This document shows, in pieces, positions 9,310 through 19,117 of a DNA stretch of 63,129 bases. Location of the stretch: assembly GCA_001794755.1 (NCBI GenBank), contig MGKT01000002.1:1-63129 (forward strand), read 5' to 3'. The DNA is from Candidatus Yanofskybacteria bacterium RIFCSPLOWO2_02_FULL_44_18 (GTDB lineage Bacteria > Patescibacteriota > Minisyncoccia > 2-02-FULL-40-12 > GWA2-44-9). Position 1 is the first letter of the stretch. Each line of letters begins with the position of its first letter. Both the position numbers and the translations under genes were made by a program. A model generated the notes under the pieces. That model was not told where the DNA came from and made no database searches. It was given only the letters and a program-made list of their open reading frames with translations.

Positions 9310-9921
9310 ATGGTAAAATGCATGTCAATGTCCGAACAGGAACTCAATAATGACAGGCAAAATCAAGGATTCGGCGACGAGATTAAGTCTTTTTTCTGGG
9401 AAACATTCAAAGTTGTCTTTTTGGCCCTTATAATAATCCTTCCCATCCGCTACTATGTGATGCAGCCTTTTTTTGTTAAAGGCGCGTCAATGGAGCCGAA
9501 TTTTGAGGATGGCGACTATCTTTTAATCGACGAATTGAGCTATCAATTCGGCAATCCCGAGAGAGGCGATGTCATCGTTTTCCGATATCCGCTGGATCAC
9601 CGCCAGTTTTTCATCAAACGGGTAATAGCTCTGCCGGCTGAAACGGTTGAAATTAAAGAAAATATGGTTAAGATATACAACAAACAAAATCCCGGCGGAT
9701 TTGTTTTGAAAGAACCATATCTCGAACCGAATCAGAAAACGATAGGAAATATGGTCGTAAAACTGGACGATAACGAGTACTTTGTTTTGGGCGACAACCG
9801 CCTGGAAAGCTCCGACTCCCGCCGCTGGGGAGCGGTCAACAAATCGTTAATTACCGGCCGAGCTTTCATCCGGCCTTGGCCAGTTTCCAAAATCTCAAAA
9901 ATTCCGGATGTCGCATATTGA
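9310..9921 (+). CDS. lepB: Signal peptidase I (true start may be a downstream Met)
   Basis: V.G.SM.PNF..GD, FIKRVI, YFVLGDNR..SSDSRRWG. Confidence 0.95.
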   Translation: MVKCMSMSEQELNNDRQNQGFGDEIKSFFWETFKVVFLALIIILPIRYYVMQPFFVKGASMEPNFEDGDYLLIDELSYQFGNPERGDVIVFRYPLDHRQFFIKRVIALPAETVEIKENMVKIYNKQNPGGFVLKEPYLEPNQKTIGNMVVKLDDNEYFVLGDNRLESSDSRRWGAVNKSLITGRAFIRPWPVSKISKIPDVAY

Positions 9922-9923
9922 AC

Positions 9924-11192
9924 ATGTCTAAGAAAGGAAAACCAATCGATCCCCCCAAAGGCATTTCCACGATTTTGCCCGAGGATCAGAAATATTACCG
10001 GTATATCTTAAAGAAAGCCGAAGCCATATTTGATTATTACGGCTTTGAGAGAATCGATGCCGGCATATTGGAATCATCAGACGTATTCACGCGGACAATG
10101 ACCGCGGATTCAGATGAAGAAAAAGAACTCTTTTCTTTCAAAACCAAAAACAGCGAGTATCTGGCCTTAAAATATGACAATCAAGTTTCCGTAGCCCAGG
10201 CGTATATCAACAATGGAATGAACTCCCGGCCTCACCCGGTAAAACTTTTTTACGTTTCCTCTTCCTTCAGGAATATTGAGGGTAGGCGGCAAACATTGGA
10301 AATGGGAGTGGAAACGATAGGGGACGATTCGGAAATAATAGACGCCGAGCTCATATTCATGGCTCACAAACTCATTGAAAGCATGTCAATCGGAGAATAC
10401 AGCGCTTACGTGAACAGTATGGGCGAATCTTCATGCCGCCCGGCGTATATTCGCGCCCTTAAAGACTATTTCAAGAATAAATCGAAAAAACTTTGCTCGG
10501 CCTGCCGGGATAATCTAAAAACCAATCCTTTAAAAATTCTCAATTGCCAAGTGGAAACTTGCAAAGAAGTAAACAAAGAAGTGCCGCAAACGGTGGACTA
10601 TCTTTGCGATGAATGCCACGTCCATTTCAAGCATACTCTTGAATACCTCGACGAAGTCGGCGTGCCGTATATTCTGAATCCGATTTTAATAAGAGGGCGG
10701 GAGTATCATACTAGAACGGCATTTGATTTTATTTCCGATGCCAATCCGGAATTAGCACCCGTGATTCAGGGCGGACGCCATGATCGTTTGATTGACACCT
10801 TGGGCGGATCAAGAACGCCGGCGGCCGGCTGGACCATGAATCTGGACCAGATTGTAACCGCTTTAAAGGAAAAGCAGGCTAGTGTGCCGGACGGAAAAAT
10901 AAAACCTAAAATTTTCTTGATTCAGCTTGGCGAAATGGCCAAAAAGAAAAGCCTGATTCTTTTTGAGAATTTCCGAAAAGCTGGAATTGAAGCCAAATCT
11001 TCCCTAGGCCGAGACAGCATTAAGTCGCAATTGCGGATAGCCCATAGGCTGGGCGTTAAATTCGCTCTGATATTCGGACAGAAAGAGGCTTTAGACAACA
11101 CCATGATTGTCAGGGAAATAAATACGGGAGTCCAGGAAACGATTCCGGTGGAAAAAATAATAGAGGAAATTAAAAAGAAACTGAAAACATGA
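9924..11192 (+). CDS. Histidyl-tRNA synthetase-like protein with degenerate catalytic motifs
   Basis: HisRS architecture (PPKG, YGF, Cys-rich insert, GGR.D.L, C-terminal anticodon-binding domain), but RPEGT is KYDNQ and the motif 3 Arg is Gln. Confidence 0.8.
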   Translation: MSKKGKPIDPPKGISTILPEDQKYYRYILKKAEAIFDYYGFERIDAGILESSDVFTRTMTADSDEEKELFSFKTKNSEYLALKYDNQVSVAQAYINNGMNSRPHPVKLFYVSSSFRNIEGRRQTLEMGVETIGDDSEIIDAELIFMAHKLIESMSIGEYSAYVNSMGESSCRPAYIRALKDYFKNKSKKLCSACRDNLKTNPLKILNCQVETCKEVNKEVPQTVDYLCDECHVHFKHTLEYLDEVGVPYILNPILIRGREYHTRTAFDFISDANPELAPVIQGGRHDRLIDTLGGSRTPAAGWTMNLDQIVTALKEKQASVPDGKIKPKIFLIQLGEMAKKKSLILFENFRKAGIEAKSSLGRDSIKSQLRIAHRLGVKFALIFGQKEALDNTMIVREINTGVQETIPVEKIIEEIKKKLKT

Positions 11193-11545
11193 TTACGGAC
11201 GTTTTCTGCAAAATCATAAAAGGCGAACTGCCGGCGGATAAGGTATATGAGGACAAAGACTACTTTGTCGTTAAGGATATTGCGCCCCAAGCACCGGTCC
11301 ATCTTTTGATTATTCCCAAAAAACATTTTGAAGCTCTGCATGATTTCAAAAATTCCGACGCCGAACTTTTAGGCAAGGCTTTGCTTGTGGCCGAAAAAGT
11401 CGCAAAAAAAATGGGCATCCATGACAAGGGCTATCGCCTCATCATCAACGAAGGCGTCCATGGCGGAAAGCTTGTGCCGCACCTCCATATTCATCTTCTG
11501 GGCGGCAAACGGCTTGGTGCGAAACTAGTAAAACAGGATATTTGA
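11189..11545 (+). CDS. HIT family nucleotide hydrolase (Hint)
   Basis: FCKII, DIAPQAPVHLLIIPKKH, PHLHIHLLGG histidine triad. Confidence 0.95.
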   Translation: MITDVFCKIIKGELPADKVYEDKDYFVVKDIAPQAPVHLLIIPKKHFEALHDFKNSDAELLGKALLVAEKVAKKMGIHDKGYRLIINEGVHGGKLVPHLHIHLLGGKRLGAKLVKQDI

Positions 11546-11592
11546 GTTAGAACATGAAATGGTGTAAGATGTAAGTGAAAAGGAGGTATTTT

Positions 11593-11859
11593 ATGGTTGA
11601 AGTTAAAAGAAAACCAAATGAATCAATCGGCAGTCTAATGCGCCGATTCAATCGCTTTGTCCAGCAAAGCGGAGTTTTGATTAAAGCCAAAAAAACGCAG
11701 TTTAGAATAAAGAAAGAAACCGATAGAAAAGAAAAGCTATCGGCCATTATGGGCATGCATTTAAGCCAGCTGAGGAGAAAACTCGAGAAAATGGGTAAAT
11801 ACGACGATGAAACGTTCGAACTGGAAAAGCGCAAATTAAAACAGGAACTGGATATATAA
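11593..11859 (+). CDS. rpsU: 30S ribosomal protein bS21 (C-terminally extended)
   Basis: SD AGGAGG; VEVKRK.NES..SLMRRF.R; next to yqeY as is typical. Confidence 0.75.
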   Translation: MVEVKRKPNESIGSLMRRFNRFVQQSGVLIKAKKTQFRIKKETDRKEKLSAIMGMHLSQLRRKLEKMGKYDDETFELEKRKLKQELDI

Positions 11860-12344
11860 TGCTAAAAGAAAAAATTCAAGCGGATATTAAAGAAGCGATG
11901 AAATCGGGAAATTCTGAAAAGAAAATGGTTTTAAGCTTGGTACTCAACGCCATTAAGAACAAAGAACTCGAAAAAAGAACTCAATTAAGCAAAACCGAAC
12001 AAGACCCGGCGATTCTTGAAGAGAAAAGCAAACTGAGCGAAGACGAGGTCGTTTCGGTCATATCTTCAGAGGTCAAAAAAAGAAAAGAATCAGCCCAAAG
12101 CTTTAAAAGCGGGGGCCGTCCCGAATTAGCCGAAAAAGAAGAATCGGAAATTAATATTCTGGTTCCGTATTTGCCCGAGCAAATGAGCGAAGAAGATATT
12201 CGGGCGGAAGTTAAAAAAACAATTTCTGAATTGAGCGCGGGACCAAAAGACGCGGGCAAGGTAATCGGTTCGGTAATGGCCAGAGTAAAGGGCAAAGCCG
12301 ACGGTCAGGTGGTAAGCAAATTAGTAAAGGAGGAGTTGGGATGA
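11859..12344 (+). CDS. GatB/YqeY domain protein
   Basis: I..AMKS, EVKKRKESA..F..GGR.ELAEKE..E..IL..YLP.Q, G.ADG..V. Confidence 0.93.
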   Translation: MLKEKIQADIKEAMKSGNSEKKMVLSLVLNAIKNKELEKRTQLSKTEQDPAILEEKSKLSEDEVVSVISSEVKKRKESAQSFKSGGRPELAEKEESEINILVPYLPEQMSEEDIRAEVKKTISELSAGPKDAGKVIGSVMARVKGKADGQVVSKLVKEELG

Positions 12345-12787
12345 AGTTTGATATCGTATTTCGCAATCAGACCGGATATAAAAAATTTAAGGAATCATTC
12401 TTCAAGGCCGTTTTGAATACGGCCTTTGAAGTTTTAAAATTTAAAAAAAACATCGAATTAAGCGTCAATTTAGTTTCCGAAAAAGACATATCAAGACTGA
12501 ACAAGAAATATCGGGGATTAAACAAAACGACAGATGTCCTGTCTTTTCCACTAGGGGAACACAAATCATATGATATACTGCCATTAGGTGACATTTTCAT
12601 ATGCCCGGGTTTTGCAGTAAAAGAAGCCGCCAAGCTGAATATCGCGATTGAAAAGGAAATGGCCTGGCTCGCAATTCACGGAGTTCTGCATCTTCTCGGT
12701 TTTGACCATGAAAAATCAAAAAAGGCGGCCGGAAAAATGTCGAAAACAGAGCAACTAATTTTAAAAAAATGGGAAAACCGTATTTAA
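12341..12787 (+). CDS. ybeY: rRNA maturation endoribonuclease YbeY
   Basis: LNKKYRG.NKTTDVLSF, LGDIFIC, IHGVLHLLGFDH. Confidence 0.95.
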   Translation: MKFDIVFRNQTGYKKFKESFFKAVLNTAFEVLKFKKNIELSVNLVSEKDISRLNKKYRGLNKTTDVLSFPLGEHKSYDILPLGDIFICPGFAVKEAAKLNIAIEKEMAWLAIHGVLHLLGFDHEKSKKAAGKMSKTEQLILKKWENRI

Positions 12788-14001
12788 TATCCGGAATTGA
12801 CATCGGAAACTCGCAAGTTAAGGCCGTAATCGCCAAAATCGAACGGAATTCTTCGCGGCCGGAAATAATCGGATTCGGGAACTCGCCGTCACTTGGTTTA
12901 AGGCGGGGCATGGTCGTGGATATGGAAGAAACGATTGACAACGTTCGAACCGCTGTCCATCGCGCCCAAACCATGGCCGGGGCGAGTATTCAAAGAGCCT
13001 ATGTCTCCGTGAACGGGCTGCATATCGGCAATCAAACGTCGCGCGGAGTGATTGCCGTATCCCGAGCCGATAATGAAATATCTCAGAACGATATTGATCG
13101 CGTCGTCCAGGCTGCATCCGTCGTCAGTCTTCCGGCAAATAGGGAAATAATTCACGTCATTCCCCGAAATTATATTGTTGACGGCACCGAGAATGTTAAA
13201 AATCCGTTAGGGATGAAGGGCGTCCGTTTAGAAGCCGAAGTATTCATAATCGACGGCCTATCTCCCCATATTCGCAATATCGCCAAATGCGTAAATGAAA
13301 ACAATATCGAAGTGGCCGGTCTGGTTTTCGCTCCGGTTGCTGCGGCGATGGCGGTTTTGGATAAAAATCAGAAGGAATACGGCGTTTTGCACTTGGATTT
13401 CGGCGGCGGAACCTCGACGCTCACGGTCTTTGAAGAGGCCGACTTATTGCACACCTCGGTGCTTCCCATCGGCTCAAAGCATATAACAAATGACTTGGCC
13501 ATCGCGCTAAGGACGTCTTTGGACGTCGCCGAAAAAATCAAGCTTGATTACGGCGCGACTTCAGAAACCGAAGATTTGCGGCGCAAAGACATGATTGATC
13601 TTTCCGCACTTTTAGCCGAAGAAAATTTCGTAGTTTCTAAAAAACAATTAATCAAAGTCGTGGATGCGCGCGCCCATGAGTTGATGGATATGGTCAACGC
13701 TGAAATGAAAAAGATTTCCCGGAACGGGATGCTTCCGGCCGGCATTGTTTTAAGCGGCGGCGGATCAAATTTACCCGGGTTCGCCATGCTTGTGAAAGAG
13801 GCGCTTAAGTTGCCGGTCCGGTTGGCGACGACTCTCAATATGACCGGAGCCGAAAATGTCAGCGATCCGTCGTATGCCGTCGGCCTGGGTCTCGTAGCAT
13901 GGGGTTTCGAAAAAGAATTCAGCAAGGGTCAAAAAGGCCCCAGCGGAAACAATAGATTCATTAGTAATGTAGTTAGGTGGTTCAAAAATTTTATGCCCTG
14001 A
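12769..14001 (+). CDS. ftsA: Cell division protein FtsA
   Basis: GIDIG..QV, GLRRG.VVD, NPLGM.GVRLE, DFGGGT, P.G..HITNDLA. Confidence 0.96.
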   Translation: MGKPYLISGIDIGNSQVKAVIAKIERNSSRPEIIGFGNSPSLGLRRGMVVDMEETIDNVRTAVHRAQTMAGASIQRAYVSVNGLHIGNQTSRGVIAVSRADNEISQNDIDRVVQAASVVSLPANREIIHVIPRNYIVDGTENVKNPLGMKGVRLEAEVFIIDGLSPHIRNIAKCVNENNIEVAGLVFAPVAAAMAVLDKNQKEYGVLHLDFGGGTSTLTVFEEADLLHTSVLPIGSKHITNDLAIALRTSLDVAEKIKLDYGATSETEDLRRKDMIDLSALLAEENFVVSKKQLIKVVDARAHELMDMVNAEMKKISRNGMLPAGIVLSGGGSNLPGFAMLVKEALKLPVRLATTLNMTGAENVSDPSYAVGLGLVAWGFEKEFSKGQKGPSGNNRFISNVVRWFKNFMP

Positions 14002-14018
14002 GTCCGTTTTCAACAGAA

Positions 14019-14027
14019 TTATCCACA
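14019..14027 (+). promoter_or_regulatory. Consensus DnaA box in the ftsA-ftsZ intergenic region
   Basis: Perfect TTATCCACA; function unproven. Confidence 0.5.
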
Positions 14028-14150
14028 GAAAATGAGTTGCCGGTTGCAACTCATTTTTATTTGTGATAATACGAGATAACGAAAACAGCGCTGACAAAGA
14101 AATTGCCTTTCGGAGATACGATAAAATTTCACCCAGTCATCAATATTAAT

Positions 14151-15317
14151 ATGCCTCAGATTAAACCTCAATTTGAAACATTTGCCCGAATAAAAGTCGT
14201 TGGCGTCGGCGGTTCGGGCAATAACGCGCTTAGCCGGATGATTGAAGCCAGAATCCACGGCGTCGAATTTATTGCCGTGAATACGGACGCCCAGGCACTG
14301 CATACATCCAACGCGCCGATAAAAATACATATTGGAAAGAGCCTCACTAAAGGGTTGGGAGCGGGCATGAATCCGGAAATCGGCCGCCAAGCCGCCGAGG
14401 ACACGAAAGAAGAAATAATGAACGCTCTTAAAGGGGCGGATATGGTTTTCATAACATGCGGCATGGGGGGCGGCACCGGAACGGGAGGCGCACCCGTGGT
14501 GGCGGACATTGCTCGCGAAGTCGGAGCTCTGACTGTGGCCGTTGTCACAAAGCCGTTCAGTTTCGAAGGGGCGCAGAGAATGAGAATTGCCGAGGAAGGC
14601 TGGAATACTTTGCGCGATAAAGTCGATGCCTTAATCACAATTCCCAACGACAGGCTGCTTTCAATAATCGACCGCAAGACTCCGCTTTTGGAATCCTTCG
14701 CCATCGTTGATGATGTGTTGAGACAGGGCGTCCAGGGCATTTCCGATTTAATCACTATTCCCGGTATCATTAATGTTGATTTTGCGGATGTTAAAGCAGT
14801 CATGGTTAACTCCGGTTCGGCGTTGATGGGTATTGGCCGGGCTAGCGGAGAAGACAGGGCAATTGAGGCGGCCAAGATGGCAATTAATTCTCCCTTGCTG
14901 GAAGTTTCGATTGACGGAGCCCGAGGAGTGCTTTTCAACGTGTCGGGCGGCACGGACATGGCTATGGCTGAAATCAACGAAGCGGCCCGGATTATTACCG
15001 AACACATTGATCCCGATGCCAAAGTAATATTCGGCGCCGTTATCGACGACAAGTTAAAGAAAGGGGAGATAAAAATAACCGTTGTCGCCACCGGTTTTTC
15101 CAATTTGGGTGTTTCACCGAGACCGGCCGGGTACGATGCCGGGCCAAGCCTGTTTGAAACAATCAAGAAACAGCAGAATCAGATATATGCCGATGGCCCC
15201 CGAAATTCACAGCCTCAAGTTCAAGATCCCGCTCCGGTGAAAGAATTCGTTGACGCGTCTGTTGAAGAAGAACAATTTGACATTCCCGCGTTTATTAGAA
15301 GAAAGATGAAGAACTAG
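14151..15317 (+). CDS. ftsZ: Cell division protein FtsZ
   Basis: [21 protein letters not shown] signature, INVDFADV, C-terminal DIPAFIR. Confidence 0.98.
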   Translation: MPQIKPQFETFARIKVVGVGGSGNNALSRMIEARIHGVEFIAVNTDAQALHTSNAPIKIHIGKSLTKGLGAGMNPEIGRQAAEDTKEEIMNALKGADMVFITCGMGGGTGTGGAPVVADIAREVGALTVAVVTKPFSFEGAQRMRIAEEGWNTLRDKVDALITIPNDRLLSIIDRKTPLLESFAIVDDVLRQGVQGISDLITIPGIINVDFADVKAVMVNSGSALMGIGRASGEDRAIEAAKMAINSPLLEVSIDGARGVLFNVSGGTDMAMAEINEAARIITEHIDPDAKVIFGAVIDDKLKKGEIKITVVATGFSNLGVSPRPAGYDAGPSLFETIKKQQNQIYADGPRNSQPQVQDPAPVKEFVDASVEEEQFDIPAFIRRKMKN

Positions 15318-15331
15318 TATAAAAAACCCCA

Positions 15332-16180
15332 TCAGATTGACGGGGAGACAGCTTCGGAATTATCGGCGGAAGCCGGTTTTTGTTTTGGAGTAAGAAGATG
15401 CCAGGCGTTCAAGTATTGATAGACGTTCACTTTTATTTTCGGTTTTGAATGATAATCAGAATAACCATCAAGTGGGACATTGAATGAAAAGTGTTCCCTC
15501 GTATCAAGAATATGACGAATGGGAAATATATATAATGAATATACGCTTTCTGATATGGTAATGCATAGCCAATAATCATCAACAATTCTTTTGGTATACT
15601 CACAGAACTTGTAATATCCTGAAGATGGATTCGCGGTTTTTATTGCACAGACCCACTCATTAATTTGAATTGTAATTTTTCCGTGTGAGCTTTTCAGATG
15701 GCCGATCTTAAAGCCTGTTTTTTTGATTTCATCGATTAGCCACTTAATTACAGATCTTGATTTAATGTCATTTACTTTATCTTCTTCTTTTTTTCTTTTT
15801 AAAAAAGCTCGGGTCTTAATCGTGCAGACTTTCGTTCGTTGATGGCCGCGTACACGGAAGGGCAATATCAATGAGAATTCCTGCCTAATTTGGCGAACTC
15901 TCTCCTTAGAGATATTAAGTTGGTTGGCAATTTGTGCAAAAGACATACAATCATTTCTGAACCAAGCCATGAGGGTGTCGGCGTTAACGGGACTACCGTT
16001 TGCGTCTACGTAATTGCGTTTTCCGATTATTTTTCTCGCCATATCAATCGATTTGAAATATATCCTTTGCTTAATATAAAAGCATATTGAACAGACAAAC
16101 TTTCCATCAACGAATCTATTTCTAATATTTCTCCACTTTTTGCGTCCGCACTTTGAACAAATTAAGGCGTTTTCAGCCAT
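15332..16180 (-). CDS. AT-rich hypothetical protein with N-terminal Zn finger and sigma70 region 4-like HTH
   Basis: CSKC...CSIC; FAQIANQLNISKERVRQI; opposite strand and lower GC than neighbours. Confidence 0.7.
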   Translation of the reverse strand: MAENALICSKCGRKKWRNIRNRFVDGKFVCSICFYIKQRIYFKSIDMARKIIGKRNYVDANGSPVNADTLMAWFRNDCMSFAQIANQLNISKERVRQIRQEFSLILPFRVRGHQRTKVCTIKTRAFLKRKKEEDKVNDIKSRSVIKWLIDEIKKTGFKIGHLKSSHGKITIQINEWVCAIKTANPSSGYYKFCEYTKRIVDDYWLCITISESVYSLYIFPIRHILDTREHFSFNVPLDGYSDYHSKPKIKVNVYQYLNAWHLLTPKQKPASADNSEAVSPSI

Positions 16181-16231
16181 ATTTACTGTCCTTTCAATGA
16201 GCTTGCGCGATTATATCACCAAGACCCGGAA

Positions 16232-16240
16232 TTATCCACA
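16232..16240 (+). promoter_or_regulatory. Consensus DnaA box upstream of nrdJ
   Basis: Perfect TTATCCACA about 100 nt before the nrdJ start. Confidence 0.5.
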
Positions 16241-16342
16241 TTTGGCAATTCCGACACAGCTGTTAAACTAGGATTACCTTAAAAGCCCCCTAACCAAAAA
16301 CTGGCTTCGAGATGCTTGCCAGTTTAAATTTTTGATTTTGCC

Positions 16343-19117
16343 ATGGAACATCAACCAAATCTTTTAAATCCGGTCGGAGAGCCAAAACATTTTGGCAATG
16401 GCCACGCTAAAGATCTTGCCGATCCGGGAAACAGGAAAAGAGGAATCGTTTGGCCAAGATTATTCGGTTTTGGCAATCCTTATGATGATATCGTTTGGGA
16501 AAAAAGGACCGCGAAGATAACGAAGGGAGACGGAACCGTAGTTTTTGAACAAAATGAAGTGGAAGTTCCTAATTTTTGGAGTCAAACGGCAACGGATATT
16601 GTAGCGTCAAAATATTTCAGGGGCAGATCGGATTCTCCTGATCGTGAGTTTAGCGCCAAGCAGATGGTGGACCGAGTGGCCAAAACGGTCGGTTACTGGG
16701 GCATGAAAGACGGGTACTTTGCCACGGCCGCAGATTGTGAAAATTTCATTGATGATTTGCGCTATTTATTAGTCAATCAGTATTTTGCCTTCAACTCGCC
16801 GGTTTGGTTTAACGTTGGCGTGCAGGAAAAACCCCAATGTTCAGCATGTTTTATCTTAGCCGTGGAAGATACGATGGATTCTATTCTTGAGTGGTATCAC
16901 GACGAAGGTAAAATTTTCCAACGCGGTTCGGGGTCGGGTTTGAATGTTTCCAAATTGCGCTCCTCTAAAGAACCATTATCAAAAGGAGGATTTTCTTCCG
17001 GGCCGGTTTCTTTCATGAAAGGAGCTGATGGTGTGGCCAACTCAATCAAATCGGGCGGGGCCACAAGAAGGGCGGCCAAAATGGTAGTAATGAATACTGA
17101 TCACCCGGATTTGAAAGATTTTATATATTGTAAAAAAGTTGTTGAGGATATGACAAAAGCTTTGGCTGTCGCCGGCATAAAAGATTCGATTGCCGCCGAG
17201 CTTTTTGATCCCTACACGCTACTCCCTTACCAGAATGCCAACAACTCGGTCAGAGTTACCGATGAATTCATGCGTTCTCTTGAAGCAGACGGATACTGGG
17301 ATCTTAAGGCAGTCACAACCGGAAATACTTTGGAAACAGTTAAGGCCCGGGAAATTATGGATTGGATAACCGATGCTGCTTGGCATAGCGCGGATCCGGG
17401 TATTCAGTATGACACCACAATCAACGAATGGCATACTTGCCCCAATACCGGCCGTATCAACGCTTCTAATCCTTGTAGTGAATACATGCATCTTGACAAT
17501 TCGGCTTGCAATTTAGCATCTCTTAATCTTTTGAAATTTTTGAAAGAGGGTGGAAAATTAAATGTTGAGTTGTTCAAAAAAGCGGTGGATACTGTTATTT
17601 TGGCACAGGATATTTTGGTTGATAATTCTTCTTATCCAACCCCGAAAATTACGCAAAATGCCAAGGATTATCGGGAGCTTGGCTTGGGCTATGCGAATTT
17701 AGGAGCGTTGTTAATGGTTTTGGGCTGGCCGTACGATTCCGATGGCGGCCGGGCTTTGGCCGGGCATATTACTTCTTTAATGTGCGGCGAGGCCTATCGA
17801 ATGTCGGCCCTGCTGGCTGATGTTAAGGGTTCTTATGCGGGATTTGAAAAAAATAAAGCGCCCCAATTAAACGTCATTTCAAAGCATCTGGCGGCGGCTG
17901 AAAAACTTTATGAGGAATCGCAATCGGCCGGTCTTAATGATGTTGAACTGCAAACTGCGTCGCGGCTGGTATGGCACGAAGCTTTGGATATGGCCAGGCA
18001 CACCGGTATTCGCAATTCACAGATGACCGTGCTCGCGCCAACCGGCACCATCGCTTTTTTAATGGACTGCCAGACGACAGGCATTGAACCGGATTTAGCC
18101 CTTGTAAAATACAAAAAACTGGTTGGTGGAGGTACTTTGAAATTAATTAATAATCAGGTGCCTTTGGCTCTATCACGCTTGGGTTATGCGAATCAAGAGA
18201 TAGAAGAAATTTCTAATTTCATTTTGGAAAAAGACACTATTGAGGAAGCGCCTCATCTTAAGCCTGACCATCTGCCTGTTTTTGATTGTTCTTTCCGTCC
18301 CATTAACGGCCAACGCAGTATCAGTTGGCAAGGTCATGTCAAAATGATGGCCGCGGCCCAGCCTTTCATCTCCGGCGCAATATCAAAAACGGTTAATCTG
18401 CCGGCCGATGCCACCAGAGAAGACATTAAGAATGTATTTATTGAAGGCTGGCGCTTAGGATTAAAAGCCATTGCCGTCTATCGCGACGGATGTAAATCAA
18501 TTCAGCCGTTGAATTTATCGAACAACGATAAGTTCGTGGAACGTTCGAATGGATACACAAGAATTAAACTGCCGGACGAGCGGCCGGCTGTCACTCACAA
18601 ATTCAAAGTGGCCGGCCATAAGGGTTATTTGACTGTCGGATTATACCCGGAAACAAACCAGCCCGGCGAGACGTTTCTAACCATCGCCAAGGAGGGAAGC
18701 ACCATATCGGGATTGCTTGACGTAATTGCGACCATGACATCAATTTGCCTCCAATCCGGCGTCCCCCTTAAAACTCTGGTTAATAAATTTAAAGACATGA
18801 GATTTGATCCGGCCGGGTTCACGACAAATCCCGAAATACCTATGGCCAAATCAGTCGTTGACTACATGTTTAGATATATGGGCATGAAATATCTTAATGC
18901 GTCCGACAGAGAAGAGTTGTTTGGAATGCCGAACACGGATAACAGTATGGAAAATCGGGCAGATTTTATTCAGGCCCCGGCCGTTCAGGCATCTCATGCT
19001 CATATAACTACGAATATGGACGCGCCGGCTTGCGGAAACTGCGGGACATTGATGGTCAAGGCCGGATCATGTTACTCTTGCCCAAATTGCTTCACGACGA
19101 CGGGAGTTTGTAATTAA
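16343..19117 (+). CDS. nrdJ: Class II (adenosylcobalamin-dependent) ribonucleotide reductase
   Basis: FNSPVWFN, QCSACFI, GATRRAAKM, NPCSEY, APTGTI, GAISKTVN, C-terminal TSCPD-like domain and Zn ribbon. Confidence 0.96.
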   Translation: MEHQPNLLNPVGEPKHFGNGHAKDLADPGNRKRGIVWPRLFGFGNPYDDIVWEKRTAKITKGDGTVVFEQNEVEVPNFWSQTATDIVASKYFRGRSDSPDREFSAKQMVDRVAKTVGYWGMKDGYFATAADCENFIDDLRYLLVNQYFAFNSPVWFNVGVQEKPQCSACFILAVEDTMDSILEWYHDEGKIFQRGSGSGLNVSKLRSSKEPLSKGGFSSGPVSFMKGADGVANSIKSGGATRRAAKMVVMNTDHPDLKDFIYCKKVVEDMTKALAVAGIKDSIAAELFDPYTLLPYQNANNSVRVTDEFMRSLEADGYWDLKAVTTGNTLETVKAREIMDWITDAAWHSADPGIQYDTTINEWHTCPNTGRINASNPCSEYMHLDNSACNLASLNLLKFLKEGGKLNVELFKKAVDTVILAQDILVDNSSYPTPKITQNAKDYRELGLGYANLGALLMVLGWPYDSDGGRALAGHITSLMCGEAYRMSALLADVKGSYAGFEKNKAPQLNVISKHLAAAEKLYEESQSAGLNDVELQTASRLVWHEALDMARHTGIRNSQMTVLAPTGTIAFLMDCQTTGIEPDLALVKYKKLVGGGTLKLINNQVPLALSRLGYANQEIEEISNFILEKDTIEEAPHLKPDHLPVFDCSFRPINGQRSISWQGHVKMMAAAQPFISGAISKTVNLPADATREDIKNVFIEGWRLGLKAIAVYRDGCKSIQPLNLSNNDKFVERSNGYTRIKLPDERPAVTHKFKVAGHKGYLTVGLYPETNQPGETFLTIAKEGSTISGLLDVIATMTSICLQSGVPLKTLVNKFKDMRFDPAGFTTNPEIPMAKSVVDYMFRYMGMKYLNASDREELFGMPNTDNSMENRADFIQAPAVQASHAHITTNMDAPACGNCGTLMVKAGSCYSCPNCFTTTGVCN

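Noticed and set aside
14168-15166. 332-aa antisense ORF to ftsZ, and similar antisense ORFs in fusA, tuf, rplB, rpoB and rpoC
   Set aside because: Typical shadow frames of conserved genes with biased codon usage.
14001-16343. Replication origin around the two DnaA boxes
   Set aside because: Only single boxes 2.2 kb apart, with no box cluster, no dnaA/dnaN and no strand switch in gene orientation.
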